From: Squalus acanthias
Lineage: Eukaryota
Length of the DNA: 64,000 nucleotides
Reading direction: 5' to 3'
NCBI GenBank assembly: GCA_030390025.1
Contig: JASTWF010000364.1
Span: forward strand, 124,001-188,000
A model generated the notes under the pieces. That model saw only the letters and a list, made by a program, of their open reading frames with translations, made no database searches and had not been told where the DNA came from. Shown here piece by piece: positions 43,401-59,200 of the stretch. Made by a program: the position numbers and the translations under genes. The stretch's first letter is position 1. Every line of letters starts with the position of its first letter.

Positions 43401-46400
43401 TATAATAACACACCGTGTGTTACTGGGTATAAACGCTCCTGTATATATATATAATAACACACCGTGCGTTACTGGGTATAACGCTCCTGTATATATTATA
43501 TAATAACACACCGTGCGTTACTGGGTATAACGCTCCTGTATATATTATATAATAACACACCGTGTGTTACTGGTATAACGCTCCTGTATATATTATATAA
43601 TAACACACCGTGTGTTACTGGGTATAACGCTCCTGTATATATTATATAATAACACACCGTGCTGTTACTGGGTATAACGCTCCTGTATATATTATATAAT
43701 AACACACCGTGCGTTACTGGGTATAACGCTCCTGTATATATTATATAATAACACACCGTGCTGTTACTGGGTATAACGCTCCTGTATATATTATATAATA
43801 ACACACCGTGCTGTTACTGGGTATAACGCTCCTGTATATATTATATAATAACACACCGTGCTGTTACTGGGTATAACGCTCCTGTATATATTATATAATA
43901 ACACACCGTGCGTTACTGGGTATAACACTCCTGTATATATTATATAATAACACACCGTGCGTTACTGGGTATAACGCTCCTGTATATATTATATAACACA
44001 CCGTGCGTTACTGGGTATAACGCTCCTGTATATATTATATAATACACACCGTGCGTTACTGGGTATAACGCTCCTGTATATATTATATAATAACACACCG
44101 TGCGTTACTGGGTATAACGCTCCTGTATATATTATATAATAACACACCGTGCGTTACTGGGTATAACGCTCCTGTATATATTATATAATAACACACCGTG
44201 TGTTACTGGGTATAACGCTCCTGTATATATTATATAATAACACACCGTGCGTTACTGGGTATAACGCTCCTGTATATATTATATAATAACACACCGTGCG
44301 TTACTGGGTATAACGCTCCTGTATATATTATATAATAACACACCGTGTGTTACTGGGTATAACACTCCTGTATATATTATATAATAACACACCGTGTGTT
44401 ACTGGGTATAACACTCCTGTATATATTATATAATAACACACCGTGTGTTACTGGGTATAACACTCCTGTATATATTATATAATAACACACCGTGTGTTAC
44501 TGGGTATAACACTCCTGTATATATTATATAATAACACACCGTGCGTTACTGGGTATAACGCTCCTGTATATATTATATAATAACACACCTGTGTGTTACT
44601 GGGTATAACGCTCCTGTATATATTATATAATAACACACCGTGTGTTACTGGGTATAACACTCCTGTATATATTATATAATAACACACCGTGTGTTACTGG
44701 GTATAACGCTCCTGTATATATTATATAATAACACACCGTGCGTTACCTGGGTATAACGCTCCTGTATATATTATATAATAACACACCGTGCGTTACTGGG
44801 TATAACGCTCCTGTATATATTATATCATAACACACCGTGTGTTACTGGGTATAACACTCCTGTATATATTATTAATAACACACCGTGTGTTACTGGGTAT
44901 AACGCTCCTGTATATATTATATAATAACACACGTGTGTTACTGGGTATAACGCTCCTGTATATATTATATAATAACACACCGTGTGTTACTGGGTATAAC
45001 GCTCCTGTATATATTATATAATAACACACCGTGGTTACTGGGTGTAACGCTCCTGCATATATCATATAATAACACACCGTGCGTTACTGGGTGTAACGCT
45101 CCTGCATATATCATATAATAACACACCGTGCGTTACTGGGTGTAACGCTCCTGCATATATCATATAATAACACACCGTGCGTTACTGGGTGTAACGCTCC
45201 TGCATATATCATATAATAACACACCGTGCGTTACTGGGTGTAACGCTCCTGCATATATCATATAATAATACACCGTGCGTTACTGGGTGTAACGCTCCTG
45301 TAAATATTATATAACACACCGTGCGTTACTGGGTGTAACGCTCCTGTATATATCATATACTAACACACCGTGCGTTACTGGTGTAACGCTCCTGTATATA
45401 TCATATAATAACACTCCGTGCGTTACTGGGTGTAACGCTCCTGTATATATCATATAATAACACACCGTGCGTTACTGGGTGTAACGCTCCTGTATATATC
45501 ATATAATAACACACCGTGCTTTACTGGGTATAACGCTCCTGTATATATTATATAATAACACACCGTGCGTTACTGGGTATAACGCTCCTGTATATATTAT
45601 ATAATAACACACCGTGCGTTACTGGGTATAACGCTCCTGTATATATTATATAATAACACACCGTGCGTTACTGGGTATAACGCTCCTGTAAATATTATAT
45701 AACACACCGTGCGTTACTGGGTATAACGCTCCTGTATATATTATATAATACACCCGTGCGTTACTGGTATAAAGCTCCTGTATATATTATATAATAACAC
45801 ACCGTGCGTTACTGGGTATAACGCTCCTGTATATATTATATAATAACACACCGTGCGTTACTGGGTATAACGCTCCTGTATATATTATATAATAACACAC
45901 CGTGCGTTACTGGGTATAACGCTCCTGTATATATTATATAATAACACACCGTGCGTTACTGGGTATAACGCTCCTGTATATATTATATAATAACTCACCG
46001 TGCGTTACTGGGTATAACACTCCTGTATATATATTATATAATAACACACCGTGCGTTACTGGGTATAACACTCCTGTATATATTATATAATAACACACTG
46101 TGTGTTACTGGGTATAACACTCCTGTATATATTATATAATAACACACTGTGTGTTACTGGGTATAACACTCCTGTATATATTATATAATAACACACCGTG
46201 AGTTACTGGGTATAACACTCCTGTATATATATTATATAATAACACCCCGTGCGTTACCGGGTATAACGCTCCTGTATATATATTATATAATAACACACCG
46301 TGCGTTACTGGGTATAACACTCCTGTATATATTATATAATAACACACTGTGTGTTACTGGGTATAACACTCCTGTATATATTATATAATAACACACCGTG

Positions 46401-47038
46401 TGTTACTGGGTATAACACACCTGTATATATATTATATAATAACACAACGTGTGTTACTGGGTATAACACTCCTGTATATATTATATAATAACACACCGTG
46501 TGTTACTGGGTATAACACTCCTGTATATATTGTATAATAACACACCGTGCGTTACTGGATATAACACTCCTGTATATATTATATAACACGCCGTGCGTTA
46601 CTGGGCATAACGCTCCTGTATATATTATATAATAACACACCGTGCGTTACTGGGTATAACGCTCCTGTATATATTATATAATAACTCACCGAGCGTTACT
46701 GGTATAACGCTCCTGTAAATATATATAAACACACACGTGCGTTACTGGGTATAACGCTCCTGTAAATATTATATAACACACCGTGCGTTACTGGGTATAA
46801 CGCTCCTGTATATATTATATAATAACTCACCGTGCGTTACTGGGTATAACACACCTGTATATATATTATATAATAACACAACGTGTGTTACTGGGTATAA
46901 TACTCCTGTATATATTATATAATAACACACCGTGTGTTACTGGGTATAACACTCCTGTATATATTGTATAATAACACACCGTGCGTTACTGGATATAACA
47001 CTCCTGTATATATTATATAACACGCCGTGCGTTACTGG
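10479..47038. repeat. 49-bp satellite array, part 1 (about 745 monomers)
   Basis: Consensus ATAACACACCGTG(C/T)GTTACTGGGT(A/G)TAAC(G/A)CTCCTGTATATAT(T/C)ATATA. Period 49 checked (ACCGTG at 10981 and 11030). Head-to-tail in one orientation; no TE insertion seen. Confidence 0.99.
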
Positions 47039-47238
47039 NNNNNNNNNNNNNNNNNNNNNNNNNNNNNNNNNNNNNNNNNNNNNNNNNNNNNNNNNNNNNN
47101 NNNNNNNNNNNNNNNNNNNNNNNNNNNNNNNNNNNNNNNNNNNNNNNNNNNNNNNNNNNNNNNNNNNNNNNNNNNNNNNNNNNNNNNNNNNNNNNNNNNN
47201 NNNNNNNNNNNNNNNNNNNNNNNNNNNNNNNNNNNNNN
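47039..47238. other. Assembly gap (200 N)
   Basis: Exactly 200 N; a round number implies a placeholder of unknown true size. Confidence 0.99.
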
Positions 47239-50200
47239 ACACCGTGTGTTACTGGGTATAACGCTCCTGTATATATTATATAATAACACAGCGTGTGTTA
47301 CTGGGTATAACGAAACTGTATATATTATATAATAACACACCGTGCGTTACTGGGTATAACACTCCTGCATATATTATATAATAACACAGCGTGTGTTACT
47401 GGGTATAACGAAACTGTATATATTATATAATAACACACCGTGTGTTACTGGGTATAACACTCCTGTATATATTATATAATAACACACCGTGTGTTACTGG
47501 GTATAACGCTCCTGTATATATTATATAATAACACACTGTGTGTTAACGGGTATAACGCTCCTGCATATATTATATAATAACACACTGTGTGTTACTGGGT
47601 GTAACGCTCCTGTACATATTATATAATAACACACCGTGCGTTACTGGGTGTAACGCTGCTGTCTATATGATATAATAACACACCGTGTTACTGGGTATAA
47701 CGCTCCTGTATATATTATATAATAACACACCGTGTGTTACTGGGTATAATGCTCCTGTATATATTCTATAATAACACACCGTGTGTTACCGGGTATAACA
47801 CTCCTGTATATATTATATAATAACACACCGTGTGTTACTGGGTATAACGCTCCTGTATACATTATATAATAACACACCGTGTGTTACTGGGTATAACGCT
47901 CCTGTATATATTATATAATAACACACCGTGCGTTACTGGGTATAACGCTCCTGTATATATTATATGATAACACACCGTGCATTACTGGGTATAACGCTCC
48001 TGTATATATTATATAATAACACACCGTGTTACTGGGTATAACGCTCCTGTATATATCATATACTAACACACCGTGCGTTACTGGGTGTAACGCTCCTGTA
48101 TATATCATATACTAACACACCGTGCGTTACTGGGTGTATCGCTCCTGTATATATCATATACTAACACACCGTGCGTTACTGGGTGTAACGCTCCTGTATA
48201 TATCATATACTAACACACCGTGCGTTACTGGGTGTAACGCTCCTGTATATATCATATACTAACACACCGTGCGTTACTGGGTGTAACGCTCCTGTATATA
48301 TCATATAATAACACAGCGTGCGTTACTGGGTGTAACGCTCCTGTATATATCATATAATAACACTCCGTGCGTTACTGGGTGTAACGCTCCTGTATATATC
48401 ATATAATAACACACCATGCGTTACTGGGTGTAACGCTCCTGTATATATCATATAATAACACACCGTGCGTTACTGGGTGTAACGCTCCTGCATATATCCT
48501 ATAATAACACACCGTGCGTTACTGGGTATAATGCTCCTGTAAATATTATATAATAACACACACCGTGTTACTGGGTATAACGCTCCTGTATTTATTATAT
48601 AATAACACACACTGTGTTACTGGGTATAACGCTCCTGTATAAATATTATATAATAACACAGCGTGTGTTATTGGGTATAACGCTCCTGTATATATTATAT
48701 AATAACACACCGTGTGTTACTGGGTATAACACTCCTGTATATATTATATAATAACACGCCGTGCGTTACTGGGTATAACGCTCCTGTATATATTATATAA
48801 TAACACAGCGTGTGTTACTGGGTATAACGAAACTGTATATATTATATAATAACACACCGTGCGTTACTGGGTACAACACTCCTGCATATATTATATAATA
48901 ACACAGCGTGTGTTACTGGGTATAACGAAACTGTATATATTATATAATAACACACTGTGTGTTAACGGGTATAACGCTCCTGCATATATTATATAATAAC
49001 ACACTGTGTGTTACTGGGTGTAACGCTCCTGTATATATTATATAATAACACACCGTGCGTTACTGGGTGTAACGCTGCTGTCTATATTATATAATAACAC
49101 ACCGTGTTACTGGGTACAACGCTCCTGTATATATTCTATAATAACACACCGTGTGTTACCGGGTATAACGCTCCTGTATATATTATATAATAACACACCG
49201 TGTGTTACCGGGTGTAACGCTCCTGTATATATTATATAATAACACACCGTGCGTTACCGGGTGTAACGCTCCTGTATATATCATATACTAACACACCGTG
49301 CGTTACCGGGTGTAACGCTCCTGTATATATCATATACTAACACACCGTGCGTTACCGGGTGTAACGCTCCTGTATATATCATATACTAACACACCGTGCG
49401 TTACCGGGTGTAACGCTCCTGTATATATCATATAATAACACACCGTGCGTTACCGGGTGTAACGCTCCTGTATATATCATATACTAACACACCGTGCGTT
49501 ACCGGGTGTAACGCTCCTGTATATATCATATAATAACACTGCGTGCGTTACTGGGTGTAACGCTCCTGTATATATCATATAATAACACTCCGTGCGTTAC
49601 TGGGTGTAACGCTCCTGTATATATCATATAATAACACACCGTGCGTTACTGGGTGTAACGCTCCTGCATATATCATATAATAACACACCGTGCGTTACTG
49701 GGTGTAACGCTCCTGCATATATCATATAATAACACACCGTGCGTTACTGGGTGTAACGCTCCTGCATATATCATATAATAACACACCGTGCGTTACTGGG
49801 TGTAACGCTCCTGCATATATCATATAATAACACACCGTGCGTTACTGGGTGTAACGCTCCTGCATATATCATATAATAATACACCGTGCGTTACTGGGTG
49901 TAACGCTCCTGTAAATATTATATAACACATCGTGCGTTACTGGGTGTAACGCTCCTGTATATATCATATACTAACACACCGTGCGTTACTGGGTGTAACG
50001 CTCCTGTATATATCATATACTAACACACCGTGCGTTACTGGGTGTAACACTCCTGTATATATCATATAATAACACTGCGTGCGTTACTGAGTGTAACGCT
50101 CCTGTATATATCATATAATAACACTCCGTGCGTTACTGGGTGTAACGCTCCTGTATATATCATATAATAACACACCGTGCGTTACTGGGTGTAACGCTCC

Positions 50201-53200
50201 TGTATATATCATATAATAACACACCGTGCGTTACTGGGTGTAACGCTCCTGCATATATATATAATAACACACCGTGCGTTACTGGGTGTAACGCTCCTGC
50301 ATATATCATATAATAACACACCGTGCGTTACTGGGTGTAACGCTCCTGCATATATCATATAATAACACACCGTGCGTTACTGGGTGTAACGCTCCTGCAT
50401 ATATCATATAATAACACACCGTGCGTTACTGGGTGTAACGCTCCTGCATATATATATAATAATACACCGTGCGTTACTGGGTGTAACGCTCCTGTAAATA
50501 TTATATAACACACCGTGCGTTACTGGGTGTAACGCTCCTGTATATATCATATACTAACACACCGTGCGTTACTGGGTGTAACACTCCTGTATATATCATA
50601 TAATAACACTCCGTGCGTTACTGGGTTTAACGCTCCTGTATATATTATATAATAACACACCGTGCGTTACTGGGTATAACGCTCCTGTATATATCATATA
50701 ATAACACACCGTGCTTTACTGGGTATAACGCTCCTGTATATATTATATAACAACACACCGTGCGTTACTGGGTATAACGCTCCTGTATATATTATATAAT
50801 AACACACCGTGCGTTACTGGGTATAAAGCTCCTGTATATATTATATAATAACTCACCGTGCGTTACTGGGTATAACGCTCCTGTAAATATTATATAACAC
50901 ACCGTGCGTTACTGGGTATAACGCTCCTGTAAATATTATATAATACACCGTGCGTTACTGGGTATAACGCTCCTGTATATATTATATAATAACTCACCGT
51001 GCGTTCCTGGGTATAACGCTCCTGTATATATTATATAATAACACACCGTGCGTTACTGGGTATAACGCTCCTGTATATATTATATAATAACACACCGTGC
51101 GTTACTGGGTATAACGCTCCTGTATATATTATATAATAACACACCGTGCGTTACTGGGTATAACGCTCCTGTATACATTATATAATAACACACCGTGTGT
51201 TACTGGGTATAACGCTCCTGTATATATTATATAATAACACACCGTGCGTTACTGGGTATAACGCTCCTGTATATATTATATAATAACACACCGTGCCTAA
51301 CTGGGTATAACGCTCCTGGATATATTATATAATAACACACCGTGTTACTGGGTATAACGCTCCTGTATATATCATATACTAACACACCGTGCGTTACTGG
51401 GTGTAACGCTCCTGTATATATCATATACTAACACACCGTGCGTTACTGGGTGTATCGCTCCTGTATATATCATATACTAACACACCGTGCGTTACTGGGT
51501 GTAACGCTCCTGTATATATCATATACTAACACACCGTGCGTTACTGGGTGTAACGCTCCTGTATATATCATATACTAACACACCTTGCGTTACTGGGTGT
51601 AACGCTCCTGTATATATCATATAATAACACTGCGTGCGTTACTGGGTGTAACGCTCCTGTATATATCATATAATAACACTCCGTGCGTTACTGGGTGTAA
51701 CGCTCCTGTATATATCATATAATAACACTCCGTGCGTTACTGGGTGTAACGCTCCTGTATATATCATATAATAACACACCGTGCGTTACTGGGTGTAACG
51801 CTCCTGTATATATCATATAATAACACACCGTGCGTTACTGGGTGTAACGCTCCTGCATATATCATATAATAACACACCGTGCGTTACTGGGTATAATGCT
51901 CCTGTCAATATTATATAATAACACACACCGTGTTACTGGGTATAACGCTCCTGTATAAATATTATATAATAACACAGCGTGTGTTATTGGGTATAACGCT
52001 CCTGTATATATTATATAATAACACACCGTGTGTTACTGGGTATAACACTCCTGTATATATTATATAATAACACGCCGTGCGTTACTGGGTATAACGCTCC
52101 TGTATATATTATATAATAACACAGCGTGTGTTACTGGGTATAACGAAACTGTATATATTATATAATAACACACCGTGCGTTACTGGGTATAACACTCCTG
52201 CATATATTATATAATAACACAGCGTGTGTTACTGGGTATAACGAAACTGTATATATTATATAATAACACACCGTGTGTTACTGGGTATAACACTCCTGTA
52301 TATATTATATAATAACACACTGTGTGTTAACGGGTATAACGCTCCTGCATATATTATATAATAACACACTGTGTGTTACTGGGTGTAACACTCCTGTATA
52401 TATCATATAATAACACACCGTGCGTTACTGGGTGTAACGCTCCTGTATATATCATATACTAACACACCGTGCGTTACTGGGTGTAACGCTCCTGTATATA
52501 TCATATAATAACACTGCGTGCGTTACTGGGTGTAACGCTCCTGTATATATCATATAATAACACTCCATGCGTTACTGGGTGTAACGCTCCTGTATATATC
52601 ATATAATAACACACCGTGCGTTACTGGGTGTAACGCTCCTGTATATATCATATAATAACACACCGTGCGTTACTGGGTGTAACGCTCCTGTAAATATTAT
52701 ATAACACACCGTGCGTTACTGGGTGTAACGCTCCTGTATATATCATATACTAACACACCGTGCGTTACTGGGTGTAACGCTCCTGTATATATCATATAAT
52801 AACACTCCGTGCGTTACTGGGTGTAACGCTCCTGTATATATCATATAATAACACACCGTGCGTTACTGGGTGTAACGCTCCTGTATATATCATATAATAA
52901 CACACCGTGCTTTACTGGGTATAACGCTCCTGTATATATTATATAATAACACACCGTGCGTTACTGGGTATAACGCTCCTGTATATATTATATAATAACA
53001 CACCGTGCGTTACTGGGTATAAAGCTCCTGTATATATTATATAATAACACACCGTGCGTTACTGGGTATAACGCTCCTGTATATATTATATAATAACTCA
53101 CCGTGCGTTACTGGGTATAACGCTCCTGTAAATATTATATAACACACCGTGCGTTACTGGGTATAACGCTCCTGTAAATATTATATAATACACCGTGCGT

Positions 53201-56200
53201 TACTGGGTATAACGCTCCTGTATATATTATATAATAACTCACCGTGCGTTACTGGGTATAACGCTCCTGTATATATTATATAATAACACACCGTGCGTTA
53301 CTGGGTATAACGCTCCTGTATATATTATATAATAACACACCGTGCGTTACTGGGTATAACGCTCCTGTATATATTATATAATAACACACCGTGCGTTACT
53401 GGGTATAACGCTCCTGTATATATTATATAATAACACACCGTGCGTTACTGGGTATAACGCTCCTGTATATATTATATAATAACACACCGTGCGTTACTGG
53501 GTATAACGCTCCTGTATATATTATATAATAACACACCGTGCTTACTGGTATAACGCTCCTGTATATATTATATAATAACACACCGTGTTACTGGGTATAA
53601 CGCTCCTGTATATATTATATAATAACACACCGTGCGTTACTGGGTGTAACGCTCCTGTATATATTATATAATAACACACCGTGCGTTACTGGGTATAACG
53701 CTCCTGTATATATTATATACTAACACACCGTGCGTTACTGGGTTTAACACTCCTGTATATATTATATAATAACACACCGTGCGTTACTGGGTGTAACGCT
53801 CCTGTATATATCATATACTAACACACCGTGCGTTACTGGGTGTAACGCTCCTGTATATATCATATAATAACACTGCGTGCGTTACTGGGTGTAACGCTCC
53901 TGTATATATCATATAATAACACTCCGTGCGTTACTGGGTGTAACGCTCCTGTATATATCATATAATAACACTCCGTGCGTTACTGGGTGTAACGCTCCTG
54001 TATATATCATATAATAACACACCGTGCGTTACTGGGTGTAACGCTCCTGTATATATCATATAATAACACACCGTGCGTTACTGGGTGTAACGCTCCTGCA
54101 TATATCATATAATAACACACCGTGCGTTACTGGGTATAATGCTCCTGTAAATATTATATAATAACACACACCGTGTTACTGGGTATAACGCTCCTGTGTA
54201 AATATTATATAATAACACAGCGTGTGTTATTGGGTATAACGCTCCTGTATATATTATATAATAACACACCGTGTGTTACTGGGTATAACACTCCTGTATA
54301 TATTATATAATAACACGCCGTGCGTTACTGGGTATAACGCTCCTGTATATATTATATAATAACTCACCGTGCGTTACTGGGTATAACACTCCTGTATATA
54401 TTATATAATAACACAGCGTGTGTTACTGGGTATAACGAAACTGTATATATTATATAATAACACACCGTGCGTTACTGGGTATAACACTCCTGCATATATT
54501 ATATAATAACACAGCGTGTGTTACTGGGTATAACGAAACTGTATATATTATATAATAACACACCGTGTGTTACTGGGTATAACACTCCTGTATATATTAT
54601 ATAATAACACACTGTGTGTTAACGGGTATAACGCTCCTGCATATATTATATAATAACACACTGTGTGTTACTGGGTGTAACGCTCCTGTATATATTATAT
54701 AATAACACACCGTGCGTTACTGGGTGTAACGCTGCTGTCTATATTATATAATAACACACCGTGTTACTGGGTATAACGCTCCTGTATATATTCTATAATA
54801 ACACACCGTGTGTTACCGGGTATAACGCTCCTGTATATATTATATAATAACACACCGTGTGTTACCGGGTGTAACGCTCCTGTATATATTATATAATAAC
54901 ACACCGTGCGTTACCGGGTGTAACGCTCCTGTATATATCATATACTAACACACCGTGCGTTACTGGGTGTAACGCTCCTGTATATATCATATACTAACAC
55001 ACCGTGCGTTACTGGGTGTAACGCTCCTGTATATATCATATAATAACACACCGTGCGTTACTGGGTGTAACGCTCCTGTATATATCAAATACTAACACAC
55101 CGTGCGTTACTGGTGTAACGCTCCTGTATATATCATATAATAACACTGCGTGCGTTACTGGGTGTAACGCTCCTGTATATATCATATAATAACACACCGT
55201 GCGTTACTGGGTGTAACGCTCCTGTATATATCATATAATAACACACCGTGCGTTACTGGGTGTAACGCTCCTGTAAATATTATATAACACACCGTGCGTT
55301 ACTGGGTGTAACGCTCCTGTATATATCATATACTAACACACCGTGCGTTACTGGGTGTAACGCTCCTGTATATATCATATAATAACACTCCGTGCGTTAC
55401 TGGGTGTAACGCTCCTGTATATATCATATAATAACACACCGTGCGTTACTGGGTGTAACGCTCCTGTATATATCATATAATAACACACCGTGCTTTACTG
55501 GGTATAACGCTCCTGTATATATTATATAATAACACACCGTGCGTTACTGGGTATAACGCTCCTGTATATATTATATAATAACACACCGTGCGTTACTGGG
55601 TATAAAGATCCTGTATATATTATATAATAACACACCGTGCGTTACTGGGTATAACGCTCCTGTATATATTATATAATAACTCACCGTGCGTTACTGGGTA
55701 TAACGCTCCTGTAAATATTATATAACACACCGTGCGTTACTGGGTATAACGCTCCTGTAAATATTATATAATACACCGTGCGTTACTGGGTATAACGCTC
55801 CTGTATATATTATATAATAACTCACCGTGCGTTACTGGGTATAACGCTCCTGTATATATTATATAATAACACACCGTGCGTTACTGGGTATAATGCTCCT
55901 GTATATATTATATAATAACACACCGTGCGTTACTGGGTATAACGCTCCTGTATATATTATATAATAACACACCGTGCGTTACTGGGTATAACGCTCCTGT
56001 ATACATTATATAATAACACACCGTGTGTTACTGGGTATAACGCTCCTGTATATATTATATAATAACACACCGTGCGTTACTGGGTATAACGCTCCTGTAT
56101 ATATTATATAATAACACACCGTGCATTACTGGGTATAATGCTCCTGTATATATTATATAATAACACACCGTGATACTGGGTATAACGCTCCTGTATATAT

Positions 56201-59200
56201 CATATACTAACACACCGTGCGTTACTGGGTGTAACGCTCCTGTATATATCATATAATAACACTGCGTGCGTTACTGGGTGTAACGCTCCTGTATATATCA
56301 TATAATAACACTCCGTGCGTTACTGGGTGTAACGCTCCTGTATATATCATATAATAACACTCCGTGCGTTACTGGTGTAACGCTCCTGTATATATCATAT
56401 AATAACACACCGTGCGTTACTGGGTGTAACGCTCCTGTATATATCATATAATAACACACCGTGCGTTACTGGGTGCAACGCTCCTGCACATATCATATAA
56501 TAACACACCGTGCGTTACTGGGTATAATGCTCCTGTAAATATTATATAATAACACACACCGTGTTACTGGGTATAACGCTCCTGTATAAATATTATATAA
56601 TAACACAGCGTGTGTTACTGGGTATAACACTCCTGTATATATTATATAATAACACGCCGTGCGTTACTGGGTATAACGCTCCTGTATATATCATATAATA
56701 ACACTGCGTGCGTTACTGGGTGTAACGCTCCTGTATATATCAAATAATAACACTCCGTGCGTTACTGGGTGTAACGCTCCTGCATATATCATATAATAAC
56801 ACACCGTGTGTTATTGGGTATAACGCTCCTGTATATATTATATAATAACACACCGTGTGTTACTGGGTCTAACACTCCTGTATATATTATATAATAACAC
56901 GCCGTGCGTTACTGGGTATAACGCTCCTGTATATATTATATAATAACACAGCGTGTGTTACTGGGTATAACGAAACTGTATATATTATATAATAACTCAC
57001 CGTGCGTTACTGGGTATAACACTCCTGCATATATTATATAATAACACAGCGTGTGTTACTGGGTATAACGAAACTGTATATATTATATAATAACACACCG
57101 TGTGTTACTGGGTATAACACTCCTGTATATATTATATAATAACACACTGTGTGTTAACGGGTATAACGCTCCTGCATATATTATATAATAACACACTGTG
57201 TGTTACTGGGTGTAACGCTCCTGTATATATTATATATTAACACACTGTGTGTTACTGGGTATAACGCTCCTGTATATATTATATAATAACACACCGTGCG
57301 TTACTGGGTGTAACGCTGCTGTCTATATTATATAATAACACACCGTGTTACTGGGTATAACGCTCCTGTATATATTCTATAATAACACACCGTGTGTTAC
57401 CGGGTATAACGCTCTTGAATATATTATATAATAACACACCGTGTGTTACCGGGTGTAACGCTCCTGTATATATTATATAATATCACACCGTGCGTTACCG
57501 GGTGTAACGCTCCTGTATATATTATATAATAACACACCGTGCGTTACCGGGTGTAACGCTCCTGTATATATCATATACTAACACACCGTGCGTTACCGGG
57601 TGTAACGCTCCTGTATATATCATATACTAACACACCGTGCGTTACCGGGTGTAACGCTCCTGTATATATCATATACTAACACACCGTGCGTTACTGGGTG
57701 TAACGCTCCTGTATATATCATATAATAACACACCGTGCGTTACTGGGTGTAACGCTCCTGTATATATCATATACTAACACACCGTGCGTTACTGGGTATA
57801 ACACTCCTGTATATATATATAATAACACTCGTGTGTTACTGGTGTATAACGCTCCTGTATATATAATATAATAACACACCGTGCGTTACCGGGTATAACA
57901 CTCCTGTATATATTATATAATAACACACCGTGTGTTACTGGGTATAACGCTCCTGATATATTATATAATAACACACCGTGCGTTACTGGGTATAACGCTC
58001 CTGTATATATATATAATAACACACCGTGCTTTACTGGGTATAACGCTCCTGTATATATTATATAATAACACACCGTGCGTTACCTGGTATAACGCTCCTG
58101 TATATATTATATAATAACACACCGTGTGTTACTGGGTATAACGCTCCTGTATATATATATAATAACACACCGTGTGTTACTGGGTATAACGCTCCTGTAT
58201 ATATTATATAATAACACACCGTGCGTTACTGGGTATAACGCTCCTGTATATATTATATAATAACACACCGTGCTGTTACTGGGTATAACGCTCCTGTATA
58301 TATTATATAATAACACACCGTGCGTTACTGGGTATAACGCTCCTGTATATATTATATAATAACACTCCGTGCGTTACTGGGTATAACGCTCCTGTATATA
58401 TTATATAATAACACACCGTGCGTTACTGGGTATAACGCTCCTGTATATATATATAATAACACACCGTGCTTTACTGGGTATAACGCTCCTGTATATATTA
58501 TATAATAACACACCGTGCGTTACTGGGTATAACGCTCCTGTATATATTATATAATAACACACCGTGCGTTACTGGGTATAACGCTCCTGTATATATTATA
58601 TAATAACACACCGTGCGTTACTGGGTACAACGCTCCTGTATATATTATATAATAACACACCGTGCGTTACTGGGTATAACGCTCCTGTATATATTATATA
58701 ATAACACACCGTGTGTTACTGGGTATAACGCTCCTGTATATATTATATAATAACACACCGTGCGTTACTGGGTATAACACTCCTGTATATATTATATAAT
58801 AACACAGCGTGTGTTACTGGGTATAACGACTCTGTATATATTATATAATAACACACCGTGTGTTACTGGGTATAACACTCCTGTATATATTATATAATAA
58901 CACACTGTGTGTTAACGGGTATAACACTCCTGTATATATTATATAATAACACACCTGTGTGTTACTGGGTATAACGCTCCTGTATATATTATATAATAAC
59001 ACACTGTGTGTTACTGGGTATAACGCTCCTGTATATATTATATAATAACACACCGTGCGTTACTGGGTATAACGCTCCTGTATATATTATATAATAACAC
59101 ACCGTGTTACTGGGTATAACGCTCCTGCATATATTATATAATAACACACCGTGTGTTACCGGGTATAACGCTCCTGTATATATTATATAATAACACACCG

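Noticed and set aside
46937..47340. ORFs spanning the N run
   Set aside because: Artefacts of the assembly gap.
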